A stretch of DNA of 63,007 nt, filler included, from Craspedostauros australis (GCA_030167865.1; 12 parts of 12 records of this genome joined end to end with filler, not necessarily neighbours in it); one strand, 5' to 3'. Shown: positions 22,939 to 35,349, counted from the first letter of the whole stretch. Notes: generated by a model not told the origin, from the letters alone. Translations and numbers: made by a program.

Positions 22939-24009
22939 ATGTCCCCATGGTCCAATATGAACCACATGGCCCCGACCAACCACCAACAGTTTTCCGAGCT
23001 GCAGAAGGATGCAAATCGACGTAGGCAAGCCAATGGCCGACGTGTCACGAGCATTCTCACGCTGGTGGGGCTGACGTCGCTCTTTCTGGCCGACCGCGTC
23101 AACTTCACTGTTTTCGATGCGCGGCGCAGCCTGTCTGTGCAGAGCAGCAACGACATGACGTACCTGCGACACCAGCGACCCTCGAATCTGCCACCCAAGT
23201 ACGAAACGTACACTGAGGAATGGCATGGCCCTTCGATGAGCAGCAACCGTGATCGTAGCGGCAACGACGGCACCACGCACGATCTCCTTTGGAACTGGAG
23301 CCGGTATTCTCAGAACAAACCATTCCGTAGTCGACGGTTGTTGATCGCCGCATTCGTCGATACCACCAACGACGTTCCATCTCGTGAGATTGCCGCCACC
23401 ATCAACAAAGCCTACGCTTACGAATGGAATGTGGATTACGTGACGCTGCAGTACAGCAGCGCAACCTCGGATGACATGATGTACTTCCGGAAAGCCATCA
23501 TGCGTTTGCGACTGCTGTTCGCTGCGGTGGAAGCACAATACGACAACATCCTGCTCTTGGACGGCACGAGCATGATGATGGACATGCAGAAGGACGTTGT
23601 GGAGCTCATGCCATCGTCATCGTCGTCCAAGAACGCCACTATGGTCGTGGCGCCCAAGTTGTTTGCGGCATCTCGAACGCACACCTTCCGCATCCATTCC
23701 CATTGTCAACTGTGGAATGTGCAGCAAGCTCGCACAATCCTCAAAGATTGGTACGAGGTCGTCATAGATGTCGATTCGGAGATCAATCGAAACTACAAGA
23801 CGAGGTACCTGCAGTACGTCTTGCGCCACCACACGCAGCACGTGCAAGCGGTGGACACCTCCATCTTGGGCAGCCCCAATTTGGAGACGTCGTATGTTGG
23901 GCGGTACGACAAGGACATTGGCATCGCGCAAATGAAGAAGGATGCCACATCCATTTGCAAATCGCACGCAACCCGCTGCAAGTTGGAAAATGTCGCTATG
24001 CAATTTTAA
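22939..24009 (+). CDS. Type II membrane glycosyltransferase-like protein (GT34/MNN10-like)
   Basis: TM anchor VTSILTLVGLTSLFLA; NKAYAYEWNVDY and YDNILLLDGTSMMMD resemble the YA...Y and LxLDxD motifs of MNN10/GMA12-like enzymes. Start codon is uncertain. Confidence 0.6.
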   Translation: MSPWSNMNHMAPTNHQQFSELQKDANRRRQANGRRVTSILTLVGLTSLFLADRVNFTVFDARRSLSVQSSNDMTYLRHQRPSNLPPKYETYTEEWHGPSMSSNRDRSGNDGTTHDLLWNWSRYSQNKPFRSRRLLIAAFVDTTNDVPSREIAATINKAYAYEWNVDYVTLQYSSATSDDMMYFRKAIMRLRLLFAAVEAQYDNILLLDGTSMMMDMQKDVVELMPSSSSSKNATMVVAPKLFAASRTHTFRIHSHCQLWNVQQARTILKDWYEVVIDVDSEINRNYKTRYLQYVLRHHTQHVQAVDTSILGSPNLETSYVGRYDKDIGIAQMKKDATSICKSHATRCKLENVAMQF

Positions 24010-24088
24010 CCCTTATATAGTCTTACATGAGGATGTACCCGTAAATAAGTGTGGAGCACTCGTTGAGGACTCCAATTTAACTTTGCAG

Positions 24089-27000
24089 TTACAATGCTGC
24101 TGCGAGATCATTGGCCGCCCGAATCCCGCTGTCGTACGCGCCGCTGGTGGTGCCATAATCCTCCACATTCGTGGCTTCCCCCGCGAAGTAGAGAACCTCC
24201 TCCAATGGCTTCCTCAGTAGTTCGCGATATTCTGCATCATTTGGTTGCATCGCAAAGGAATGGGTGCCTCTTGCGTATTCGTCTTCGTCCCAGCGTGTGA
24301 CATGGACGCTGGTGGGACGAGGTAGAACGGTATCATCTTCATACGGCAGGAATGCCTGCTGCAATCGTTTCATGATGAGATCTACAATGGCGTCTTCAGA
24401 TTGATTCTCGAGACTGTCCGCCACATGCGCAACCAAGATGGCAGGCGCATCATCGTCTTTCCGCGCCGCCCGGGCATTGAAGAAGAGGGTGAAAAGTCCG
24501 AAGGTTGCTGTGGATTGCTGCTGCACCATGCTGAGCCAGATGTCCTCATCTTTGGGCCACCAATCATCTGCAGTATCCCATTGCAGTATGCATTTATTGA
24601 TGGACGCAAATCCGATGGCATCGATGGCCTGCTGCTTCGTGGACGGCAGCGGCGGTGTGAATCGGATGGCGCTGCGATCTTTCAAGACACCCAATGGGAC
24701 GGTCACTATCACCTTTGGTGCATCGGCCTTGTAGAGCTGCCCATCCCGTTGAAAGATGACCTCGGCAAAAGGTTTGCCGTCGGCATCGAATCGTTGATAG
24801 TGGATATCCGAGACGACCGCTCCCAGCTCCGTCTTTGCGTCAGGCGCGAGACTCTGAATGAGGCTTTGGAATCCCGTATCGACCCACAGCTGCGCATCGA
24901 CATCGGCATCATCGCCGAGTGATGCGAGCGTGCTGGCGACCGAGATCTGCTCGACCGGGCCGCCACCCAGACGAGTGAGGATTTCGGTATTGAGCATGCT
25001 GCGCAGGAATGCCCTGCCTTCTTCATCCTTGTCATTCAAGTACAATTCTTCGTACAGCGCCAAATAGTCGAAGTAGCTGAGATCGTCGTCGATGCCCCCG
25101 TTGTGATCGCGCTCGTATTGCAGGTAGGTGACGAATCCGTCCTTGCCATTCCAGTACCATCGCAGCATGTTTCGCTCGTGGGGTGTGGACCATTTGCCGA
25201 GATCTCGCGTCGGCCAGGCGTCGGGATCGAGCGGGTCATCGGATTCGATCTGGTAGAATTCGAGGTTGTCGTAGTTGTAGGACACGTCTGCAGCTTTGCC
25301 GCGATCCTCCGAGGACGATGTGGTGTTGTTGGCCACATCCATCCAGAGCTGCGCGAGTGGTGTGTTGGCCGGGATGAAGGCGCTGCCAGTTTCCACGGCA
25401 GTGCTTGTGGCGGTGATCAATCTGCGATTCGTTTGGGTGAGATCGGTCGTCTGGCAGCGACCTCCGAGTTTTGAATTGGCCTCGAGGATGACGAAGTTGT
25501 TGATGCCGTGCGTCTCCTCCAGCTGCTTTGCCGCGGCCAATCCCGCCAGTCCACCTCCGATGATGATGACTTCGAATGAACCGAAGAGCTCGACGGGAGT
25601 CGGTGTTGGAGAAGATGTCGGTGGGATGGTGTCAGCTGGTTCATCGACGACGGATGGAGCGGATGATGGTGTTTGGGTCTCTGGTGTGCTGGTGGGTGGT
25701 GTGCTGGTGGGTGCTGCGCTTGTGGGTGCTGCGCTTGTGGGTGTTGCACTTGCGTCACTGTTGTCCCCATTGTCCCCGTTGTCCCCGCCATTATCCCCAC
25801 CACCATCGCCACCACCACCATTGTCGCCACCCATAGCCGTGGGCGTGCTGCTGGGCGTACCACCCATGGTGGGCATGGGCGTGACATCGACGGATCGACC
25901 GACGGATTGGTCGGCATTGCTGTCGTCGTTCTCCAACGTGAGGAGGAAGTAGACCGGGACCGACACGATGCACATGAAGCAGCAGCACAGAATGCAGAGC
26001 AAGCACAAGAGCCGTTTGCGACGACTGTCGGCACGCTTGTGGAGTTCGGCGGAATGGACGACGTCGTCATCAAGTGGCTTGACACATTGATCACCATATT
26101 CCACGGCCAATTCGTCGTTGGGACATTCTCCCAGAACCTTCATGGTCTCGGCGTGAACGCCGCTCGTGTCGGTGTGCTTCGTGGAATCCATGGAATCGTC
26201 GTTGGCGGTGATGAGGGTGTGATCGGCGGGCGATTTCGGTGTGGCGTTGGAGATGGCCGGGGTGGGGGCCCGATGCGGACTGTCGGCAGCGAGCAGCGGC
26301 GATTGTTCGATCGACGTGAGGAGGTTCGCGAGATTGGAACCACGTTCGGAGGTGGAATCGTCGCTGGTCATGCTGGTGTTGTAATCCTCAGTGTGGACGA
26401 GTGCCGGCTGACGCAATGCGTGGAGCATGGGCTTCGTGGAGGACGTGAGGTCGCTGATGCCGCTGTCGTTGAGTTGGGCTCGGCGGGCGCTGCCAAAGGA
26501 CCTGCTGCTGGACAAGGAGGCGTTGTCGGAGAAGAGGACGTTCTCTCCATCGATCGATGCATTCAGCGGCTCCAGCAGGCTGTTGGAGACGGCCGAGAGC
26601 GCGATCTGATCCTCGGATCGGTGGGCGATGGGCGAGACGGTGGGCGTGCCGCCATGGCGTGCGGGCGTCAGTGGCAGCTGCGCGTCGGGCGTCGGCGATG
26701 AGGAGGGCGTGGCCAGGATGGCGGCCGGCAGCATGATCGGGACGGAGCCCTGGTCCGCTGCATGCGCTTGGAAGCCGGTGGACAGCTTGGAACGGATGCG
26801 CTGGCGTCGCTGGGCCTCTTCCAGCAGCAGCTCCTTGCGGCTGTCGGCCGAGGAGATGGAGGCGTGCGATTGCGATGTCACGGAAGACACCGGAGATGGC
26901 AATCTGAGGAAGGGAGATGTTCGGACATCGTCCTTGTCATCGTTGTCATCATTGATGTCCTTGTCATCCTTGTCATCATTGATGTCCTTGATGTCCTTGT

Positions 27001-27295
27001 TGGATGCAACTTCTTCTTCATCTCCGTTGGTGAAGCGAGAACGCAGCCGACGGCGACGTTCCTGTTCCTGTGCGAGCTTGTCCCAGATGGCACCTGATTC
27101 TGCTGATGCTGTTGCAGGCAACGGCATCTCTGGTGATGGCATCTCTGATTCCGTGGATGGAGGCATCTCTGGTGATGGAGATGGCCTCGTGAGCTCCCCT
27201 TGCTCTTCGGAAGGTGGTGTCATGGTCATCGTCATCGTCATAGTCGCACTACTATTCACAGTGCTCTCCTCTTGTGCATTGCTTGCGAGATTCAT
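24089..27295 (-). CDS. Membrane-anchored flavin-containing amine oxidase (polyamine oxidase/LSD1-type domain), about 1068 aa
   Basis: FAD motif IIGGGLAGL...LEA...LGGR; VIVTVPLGVLK, INKC, TRW..D.YARGTHS, YFAGEAT...GTTSGAYDSG. These follow a disordered N-terminus, one Cys-rich TM helix and a Pro/Thr stalk. Confidence 0.9.
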   Translation of the reverse strand: MNLASNAQEESTVNSSATMTMTMTMTPPSEEQGELTRPSPSPEMPPSTESEMPSPEMPLPATASAESGAIWDKLAQEQERRRRLRSRFTNGDEEEVASNKDIKDINDDKDDKDINDDNDDKDDVRTSPFLRLPSPVSSVTSQSHASISSADSRKELLLEEAQRRQRIRSKLSTGFQAHAADQGSVPIMLPAAILATPSSSPTPDAQLPLTPARHGGTPTVSPIAHRSEDQIALSAVSNSLLEPLNASIDGENVLFSDNASLSSSRSFGSARRAQLNDSGISDLTSSTKPMLHALRQPALVHTEDYNTSMTSDDSTSERGSNLANLLTSIEQSPLLAADSPHRAPTPAISNATPKSPADHTLITANDDSMDSTKHTDTSGVHAETMKVLGECPNDELAVEYGDQCVKPLDDDVVHSAELHKRADSRRKRLLCLLCILCCCFMCIVSVPVYFLLTLENDDSNADQSVGRSVDVTPMPTMGGTPSSTPTAMGGDNGGGGDGGGDNGGDNGDNGDNSDASATPTSAAPTSAAPTSTPPTSTPETQTPSSAPSVVDEPADTIPPTSSPTPTPVELFGSFEVIIIGGGLAGLAAAKQLEETHGINNFVILEANSKLGGRCQTTDLTQTNRRLITATSTAVETGSAFIPANTPLAQLWMDVANNTTSSSEDRGKAADVSYNYDNLEFYQIESDDPLDPDAWPTRDLGKWSTPHERNMLRWYWNGKDGFVTYLQYERDHNGGIDDDLSYFDYLALYEELYLNDKDEEGRAFLRSMLNTEILTRLGGGPVEQISVASTLASLGDDADVDAQLWVDTGFQSLIQSLAPDAKTELGAVVSDIHYQRFDADGKPFAEVIFQRDGQLYKADAPKVIVTVPLGVLKDRSAIRFTPPLPSTKQQAIDAIGFASINKCILQWDTADDWWPKDEDIWLSMVQQQSTATFGLFTLFFNARAARKDDDAPAILVAHVADSLENQSEDAIVDLIMKRLQQAFLPYEDDTVLPRPTSVHVTRWDEDEYARGTHSFAMQPNDAEYRELLRKPLEEVLYFAGEATNVEDYGTTSGAYDSGIRAANDLAAAL

Positions 27296-27946
27296 TCTCT
27301 TTGGATAATGACAATGACGACCAAGTGTGATGATGCGGTGTGGCAGTTCTTTGGAAGCTGTCGCTGCAACAACAACAGCACCATACAATATAGTAGAATA
27401 CTATACTATTATAAGCCACAAGCCACAAGCCACCAGTACGAATGCAATTATGATGCAATTATGATGGCTCCAGCTCCTCTCATCAGGAATTCCGATGGCG
27501 GATTTTGCCTTCCGCCAAATCAAGGCGACTGTTCAAATCGTTGGCGCCAAACCACGAACAGCGTCTGGAGGGAGCTTTTTGTGACCCCAAATTTTGCTTC
27601 AACATTTCTCCGTTGCACGTCCGACCGTTACGCCTGCATGACATACCTCCAGCGGCAACGTGGCAACGGATAAATCATCGGATCATGGGATCACAAAATG
27701 AAGTTTTGACCGCCATCGTGGGGGAATCTTCAGCATGATGCAGCGTCCATTCGGATGGTGTCATGCAGTACTGCAGGTATACAATACTCTCTCAACAATC
27801 TACTATACTATTCCTGTTGCTCTATCGTGCTCTACCACTCACTCTTTGTGAGTACAAGATGCATGTTGCTTTTGCGAAAAATGAATAATACTGAAATATA
27901 ATGGATGATATCGACATGTAACATTCTCATACTAGTCCAGAGCTTC

Positions 27947-30900
27947 TCAGAACCGCTCCATCGTCACAAATTGACCGGACCGCTCCGAGATCGACCATCG
28001 CTTGTTGGATTTGGTGCTGTTGCTAATACCACCACCACCATCCACACCACCATGAAGCGACGCGTTCAAACCGACGGTGCTGTGCGTGCTGTTGCCTTGG
28101 CTGTTGCGTGCATCGTACTTGCGATAATCCTGCAGGCTCCTCAGCGAATGATCGCCCGACGAGAGCCGCGCACCGCTCGTCCCCATCATCCCTGCGACCT
28201 GATTGTGCTCCAACGACGACAGGATCGTCATGCTGTCGCTGGATTGCAACACGCGCTCCGACTGAATCTCGTAGCACAGCGCCTCGTTCAGCTCCTCCAG
28301 CTTGCGGCCCAGCCGGATTCTAGCGTATTCGCCGCCCAGCGCGGTCGTCTGCTCCGTGTACAGCTGCAGCGTCTTCATCACCTGCAGCTGCGCGTCCACG
28401 AAGATGAATTCGTCCTCGAACAGCATGCGGATGGCGATCGAGGCGGACTTCTCCAGCTCGCCCTTGATCAGGAAGTACTTGGCATGCTCCGCCTCCACCT
28501 GCTGCAGCCGCCCCGTGGATCCCACCTCGGCGAACAGCTCCGACGTGCCTCGTGGTTGCAGCAGCTTGCGTTTCTCGGACTCGTACAGTTCCTGAATCTC
28601 CTTCAGGTGCTCCATGGCCTGCCCGTCGTCGGGGAATCCCATCTCCAGCAGAAGCAGGTACCCGCGGATGCGCACCAAGTACACATTGAACAGCTTCTCC
28701 TCGCGCTTCAGACTGCCCCATCCCGTCTCGATGCCTTGGTCGACGATCTCCACGTCCATGTCGCGGGAGATCTGCAAGTCGCGGTTACCCAGCTCCATGA
28801 TCTTATCCGGCTGATCATGGTCATCCTTGATCGTCAGCAGGAACATGCCGCGGTTGAAGTAACGGTTCGACAGATGCTGCATGAAGTCAAGGCAGTTCGG
28901 CGTCCAGCCTTCCGCGGCGTAGAATTCGTCGTACAGGTCTTCACCCACGCGGATGGCATCGTGGTAGTACGAAGTGCCTCTCTTGATCAGCTGCTTCTTC
29001 GTGATGCCGTACATCACGTCCACACCGCTCTGCTGCATCTCGCGGTAGATCGCGAGCAACGTGTTGCCCAGGTTGTTGCACACCACGCCGATGGCCTTCT
29101 TGTTATTCAGGCCCCGGAAGACGCCCAGCGAATCTACCAGCACGTGATACGCCGTACCCAACTCTCCCGCGTAGAACGCTTCATTCGCCAGCTTGATCAC
29201 GCGGTACAGCGTGTCCATGGTGTTCGAGACGTTGATGATCTCTTTCGAGCCCTTGTTCTGGTCGACGGTGGGAGGGTCGTGGCTCGTGTCATTCTTGTTC
29301 AGACAACGGATCAGATCCAGCAGGTACAGCATGGGTTCCGTGATCGACTGGGTGACAACATAGGAGGTGTAGATGGTGGCGACGATGGATATGGCGATAG
29401 CGATGCACACAATCACGATGCCGATCGTCGTCTCCCTCCGCAGTTCATCTTCGGCAGTCTCGAATGGTTGCAATATCTCTTCGATCGATTGACCCAGCGC
29501 CAACGAGTAAATGATGTGCTTTGAATTGACGTTGATCCCGCTGGTGAAATCGGATGCGTTGACAAACTTGATGGAGTTGACATATACCGGTTCGTATGCA
29601 ATGTATGAATCCACCACTGTATCAACGTCCACAAACAAACCAATTCGGGCGATCGATGCCTTGCCAGTGTTCATGTCATTCGAGATTTTCGTCGCATCCC
29701 GCGCTTGCTTTTGGCATTTTGGCGTGGAGGTGTCGCATGCGTAGTGGGATCCTGAGAACAAGTCGAATTCGACTTGGGTGTCATCGCTGTTTTGAGAGGA
29801 CGACCCGAGCACAATCTGCGGAGCTGACGAGTTGGTGCCAGGCGTCAGCAGCGCACGGACTCCATTCTTCAACAGCGGCGTCCGATGTTCGTTCATGATG
29901 TCAAAAATATTGTCCGTGGTGAAATCGAGGAGCACTTGGCCGACATATTCTTCGGTGTTTGGGTTCACCAAGGAGAATGTCGCGCTTTGGGCTGTGTTGC
30001 CATCGACGAACTCGTATGGCGCTGTCAGATGAAATGGCGTCGGCTCTACACCCGGTGGGGGGTTTGCCAGCATCTTTCCAGTGTGATACCATACTCGACA
30101 TCTGCGAGCGGAAATCGAGCAGAGCATAGTTTTTACGGTGTCATGCGAATGAATGAGCATGTGATGGGAGAGGCAATGGATTGGATGGGTGAATCAATTG
30201 ATGGATGTGCGACGAAATGGGCAAATGCATGTCTTTATTCAATGATGCAGAAAGCCACAGCAAGGTGCAGGGGAAGAGCGCCATGCATGAAGTCTCAGCA
30301 GAAGCAACAGCCAATCTGTTGCACACACAATACATAGGCACAAGACACAGGCGCGCACTCACCTTACGTCAATCCCATGCTTTCCAATTGGACAAAGATC
30401 GGGTCGGTACACGTTTCCTTGATTTTCCTCCGTTGACTCCCAGTACGCTGCAATGCCCTGCATATGATTGTCGCAACCCTGGTCAGCAATTCCCAACCCA
30501 TCTGCTTCGAATCCGACGAAACGCCCAATGCCATTCTCATTGGTGGGATCGTAATTTTGGAGCGCTGCGAAAATCGGAATTGCGGAAATGGCCCGCAGCC
30601 GATCGTACATCGTGCTGTGCATGTTGAACGCTGCGTACGGATCGTCCACATCCAGCAATGTTTCGTTGGGCACATCTTGAATGTTTTCGTACCACGAGGT
30701 GCTCGCTGGCGTCACTCCGACGTTCGGAAAAGTCGTGGCCTGGCGTTCTCCATCCTTGCCGTTTCTGTCTTTTTCGACGAAGTAGTACGGTAGTTGCTTG
30801 CGGCGTTGAGACACTGCGTAATCCTGGCAGCCCGGGTAACCCTCATGCCACGCGCAGTCACAGACAAAGTTCTCCTTCGCCCACGGGCATTCGAAAGGGG

Positions 30901-33604
30901 AGCCATAGACGCTGCACTGCGAGATCGTCGACGATATCTCCTGGAAGGCATCCTCGGCCGCGAGCTTCAAACCACCAAAGAGCAACCAGCTGGCGTACCG
31001 TCTCAGAATGTAGGCATCGTGGATCGATCGGCTGGTCTGCGTCGCGACGTAGTCTGCCCGCAACCGCGTGTTGATGCGCAGCACGTCCAGTTTGACGCGC
31101 AGGAAGCTATCTCGCGCATCGTCGATGCTTTCTTGAAATTCATCGGACGCGATCCAAACGACGACGACGGAAAGCGTGACAGTCGTCACCAACAACGGGG
31201 TGATGATCAGTATCACCACCCAAAGGAACAGCGGCGATCTCAACGGACGTCGTCGATGCTCCAGGGATATCCTTGCGGCGCTGGAGGACACGAGGGTGCT
31301 TGTGGACTTGGAGGAGCTTTGCGGGATGTTGTTGTCGTTCTCCTCGCTGATGGTGTTGGGACCAGGATGCAGAAATTCGTATTTGACTTCCGCTTGCTCC
31401 TGTTGGTAACCTGCTGCGATATCGTCGAGACTGCTGTTACTGTTGTTGTTGTTCTTGCGATTGTACAGACCGACGAATTGTTCGCGCAGAAAGAAGCGGT
31501 TCGGGGTTTCGACGAGCTTGTTCTTATCGGATTGGGCCATCAGCGACCCGCTGAAGTTGCACACCATCTTATTGAATTCCTTGACGACCAGTTCGATTTC
31601 GGTCGTCGGCGTGCACAGCAGCCGCGCGCTCGTCGTTTTGGGCTGAACCTGCTGGAAAATCGATTTTCCATTTGCGGTGGATGCCGTGGTGGATGCGTCG
31701 CCGGATTGTGCGGCACCGCCGATGGTGTAGGTGGTTCCCGATGTTGTGGCTGGTTCGTCATGATCGCGTTCTTCGCCAAAGCTGTTGACGATGTTGTCGG
31801 CCGTCGTGTTCATGTCCTGCAACGGCGCCGTGATGATGTGCGCCACCAGGAGGATGATAATTGCCGCTAGACAGAGACTGGCAACACCAGCGCCGACCGC
31901 GATCTTGATGACATGATCCAGGTTGTCGTCGACGCTTTCGTTGAGGTTCTCGACGGGTTCCAATACATCTTCCTTGGCATTGGAGACGATGGCCAAATAC
32001 GCCGGAACGTACTTCGGATCGTACTCATCCGGGATGGGCGGGATGGGATATCCCGAGACGCTGAAGTCGTCCGTATCCAAGATGGTGTTCTCGAACCGTT
32101 CCTGCATCGTTACCGGATCCCACGTCTGACCATCTTTCGGAATGAGATTGTAAAGTTCCTCGTAGAATTCCGTCGTCACACCGATATTGATCTGCGACGC
32201 CGTGACGCTGCTGCCCGTGTTGGCGATGCTGAGGGCCGACGACGCCACGACGGTGCCCATCGCATCCCATCGCAACACGGAGACTTCTGAATTGTCCGTG
32301 AGTCGCGCCGCCTTGAGGATATCCTCGAGGAACTCGATCGCGATACTGACGAAGGTGCATCCGATGAAGTCGTTGGTGCGTCGATCGTAGATGGCGCGTC
32401 CCAACGAGAGGAGCCACGAATTGGGAATCCACGCGTCGAGGTAGGGCCCGTCGACGACGACCTGTTCCGGATTGAGGGCCATATCACGGAACCAACCACG
32501 TTCGACGGGATTGTAATGAGCGCGCGATTGCAGCTGCGTGCCTTTGTCGTTACAAAATTGATCGAGCTTCATGCCGTGACCGATGGTGCGCGATGAGTCG
32601 TATGGATTAGGAGCGCTGAGCCATTCGCAACCGATGGAGGTGAAATTGGCGCGCGCGTTGATGGCGTACTTGGGATAGTTGATCGTGGCGCCCGCGCCTT
32701 GGCTGGCGAAGTAGAGACCGATGTCGCGCACGTTGCGGTTGAATTCGAACATGGCCTTCATGAGGGGGATGATGTCCTTGCCCTTGCGGTGGATGTGCTG
32801 CGTGTAGGGTGTCGGAAGCATGACGCCGCCGGTGGTAATGTCGTTGTTGGCGGCTGTGCAGTTGGGCATGTAGGTGCGCATGTTGGGATTTGTTTCGTCG
32901 GGATCGCAGGTGCCCGTTATGAAGAAGGAGGCCGTGGACGTGCTGACGATCGGTTTGATATCGAATTGCGAGGCCGCGTTGCGTGAGGAGCTGTACCTGT
33001 CCAACCGCTCCTGCAAATAGTCGTCGCGGTTGTCTTCTGTCGCCAAGACGACGTCGGTGAAATCCCAATCCAACGGCAGAGGCGGCGTCTGGATGGGATA
33101 CCGATTGGTTTTTGCATTCATATCCCAGAAGGGAACGTAGGCATCCGTGGCCGTGCCTTCGTCGAGCTCCGCCGCGTTGTAACCTTCGAATCGATCCAAC
33201 GTGGCATGATAGAGAATCTCCACGATATCCTTGGGATAGATGTGTTCCTGCAGGGACTCCGCGAGGTAGCGCGCCGTGCGTCCTTGAATCCTGTTGTTGA
33301 GATCGTGGAAGGTGTTCGTGTTGATGTCCTTGACGTCCTGACCGATGATGTAGACCATGAGGATGCACGTGAGCATGACGAAGAGCGTGGCGATGGTGTG
33401 GACGGAGCCGAAGGACAGCATGAGCTGGGCCTGCAACGTGACTCTGGGTCTTAGACACAGCCATTGGATGCATCGCATGCCGCACAACGTGCCGGCAGTA
33501 TGTTCATCGTCGTCGTTGAGGTTATCATCGTCGTCATCATAACTCGTGCGAGGCAGAATAAGTTCGCGATTGGTGTGAATATCAGCATCGCCCTTGTGCA
33601 CCAT
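27947..33604 (-). CDS. Four-TM receptor-like protein, 1798 aa: (TM-Cache-TM-HAMP) x2 plus TPR-like C-terminus; complement(join(27947..30101,30363..33604))
   Basis: GTGAGT(30362)...CAG(30102) splice gives GIDVRCRVWY in frame (5397 nt total). Cache-type motifs YNPVERGWF...PY and DVRCRVWY...PY; HAMP-like IT.P(L/M) after TM2 and TM4; TPR-like AIGVVCNNLGN. The ATG is 12 nt from the contig edge, so the gene may be 5'-incomplete. Confidence 0.8.
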
Positions 33605-33616
33605 ATGGCTGCCGTC

Positions 33617-33716
33617 NNNNNNNNNNNNNNNNNNNNNNNNNNNNNNNNNNNNNNNNNNNNTTAATTAATTAANNNNNNNNNNNNNNNNNNNNNNNNNNNN
33701 NNNNNNNNNNNNNNNN
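33617..33716. other. Artificial contig linker
   Basis: N44-TTAATTAATTAA-N44. Confidence 0.99.
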
Positions 33717-35249
33717 GGCGATTCGGCGGTGAACGGTTCCTTTCCTGACGTGTGCGTCGCGATGGTGCGGACACCCAGCTGGTTGATTTCCCATTCCTCC
33801 CATTCGGCACACGGGACAAGAACGTCGTCTGTGACACCAGATGCTGCCACCAAATTCGCCTCGTCGTCTCCAAACTTGACCTCGTGCGTTTGGCGCACCT
33901 TTTGCCCTTTCGCGCAGAAACGCTTCTTCGGCATTCCAGGGAAGCTCAGGACGCGCCCCTCAAGGCATTCTGCGTCCACCAAAACCGTGGTTGTTCCCGC
34001 GATGTTGCCAGCTTCCAATGCGTCGAAAAGTTGGTGTTCCGTCTTGATGTCGTTGTCCTCCAGCACATAGGCTCGCAACACAACAGTGATGTACGCAAAG
34101 TGCGTGTCAAGGCGGCCTTTACCTGTTTGGGCTTCGGTGTAGATCCAGGCCGCGATCTTGGGGACATTTCGTGTTCCGAGGTTCTTGTTCAGCACCAACG
34201 TGATCAGTGCGATGTGCTCGTAGCTCGCGAAACAACACGCATTATCGGATTGGATGACGATTTCGGTGACCGATGGAAGCAGTTTTCTCACCTGTTGTTG
34301 CACAATTTCGAGAAGCCCGCCAACTTGTAGGGTGTCTTGTGTTGGCCTCCCCTTTACGATGATATCGATGAAGCGATAAGTGAAAATGTCATTGTGACAC
34401 NTTATCACCATCGCGCCCAACAGAGACATGCCCTTCTTGCCCCAGTATTCTTGTTGAGCTTCGCCTTGGCCAGTCGGAAGAATTTTCTGCTTGTGGTCGA
34501 GCACCACATGCGCACGATCCTCTCTGTTGTTGATATTTTTGAGGTATTGCTCAATTTGTCCGAATTGAACCTTGCTGCGCACTTTGTGTGCCATGTACCA
34601 CAGTATTTCGTTGTTGAACCCTGGTGCAGCATTGAGCATTGACTCCAATTCTGTCGCGTGTTCCGCAAGGTGATCCTCCATAAGCATCGTGACGAAAGGG
34701 ACATATCGGTCGTCCACAAAACGCATCACCCCTGCACAACGGTTACATACTCCAGTGTGCTGTTTGTCTGTGGGGGCACAAGGCTGTTCATTGTTGTCAG
34801 TGGTGGTGTCATTGGCAGCAGCATGTGTCACACGAGTGATGTCAGGAATATCAATTGTGATGCTTGGAGTGTCGTTGGTGGCAGAAGGGATGTTGTTGGT
34901 TCGAGTGCTCTTCTTACGGAGCTTGTGCTTGTTGGTACGTGTTCTGGTTGGTTGGGATTGTTTCGTCGTTGTCTTCTTCTTCTCGTTGGGCGTGAGCGCG
35001 AATTGAGCTGAGTGGAGTGGGTCATCACACTCCATCTGCATGTGAGAGGCAGTGAATTCCCATTTGACGAAGACAACAAGAAGTTCCAACGCATACAAAA
35101 GTGACTCGGCTGTGCGCACATGCTGGGAAATCATGTCATTCTCGTCCTCGGCATCGTTTGTTGCAGGATACTTAGCCTTCAAAAGTGTGACGAGGCGCGA
35201 GATCGTGCGTTTGAGAGTGAGCATCGCCAGCAAGAAGTGGCTCTCGAAG
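33717..35249 (-). mobile_element. DNA transposon transposase fragment, Sola3-like DDD type (copy A), open at both contig ends
   Basis: LDHKQKILP...EAQQEYWGKKGMSL, QD, QSDNACCF, TEAQTGKGRLDTH give a D-D-D triad in the motif context I recall for Sola3-like transposases. Superfamily assignment is from memory. Confidence 0.6.
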
Positions 35250-35349
35250 NNNNNNNNNNNNNNNNNNNNNNNNNNNNNNNNNNNNNNNNNNNNTTAATTA
35301 ATTAANNNNNNNNNNNNNNNNNNNNNNNNNNNNNNNNNNNNNNNNNNNN
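35250..35349. other. Artificial contig linker
   Basis: N44-TTAATTAATTAA-N44. Confidence 0.99.

Noticed and set aside
27905..29524. 539-aa plus-strand ORF
   Set aside because: Antisense shadow of the receptor exon, caused by GC3-rich codon bias; no recognisable motifs. The same applies to 7483..8601, 11084..12163, 19752..20648, 25673..26701 and 30794..31870.
33717..35349. Transposase copy A as the other half of copy B, split by the copia insertion
   Set aside because: A and B cover the same homologous region and are clearly diverged; they are separate elements on separate contigs.
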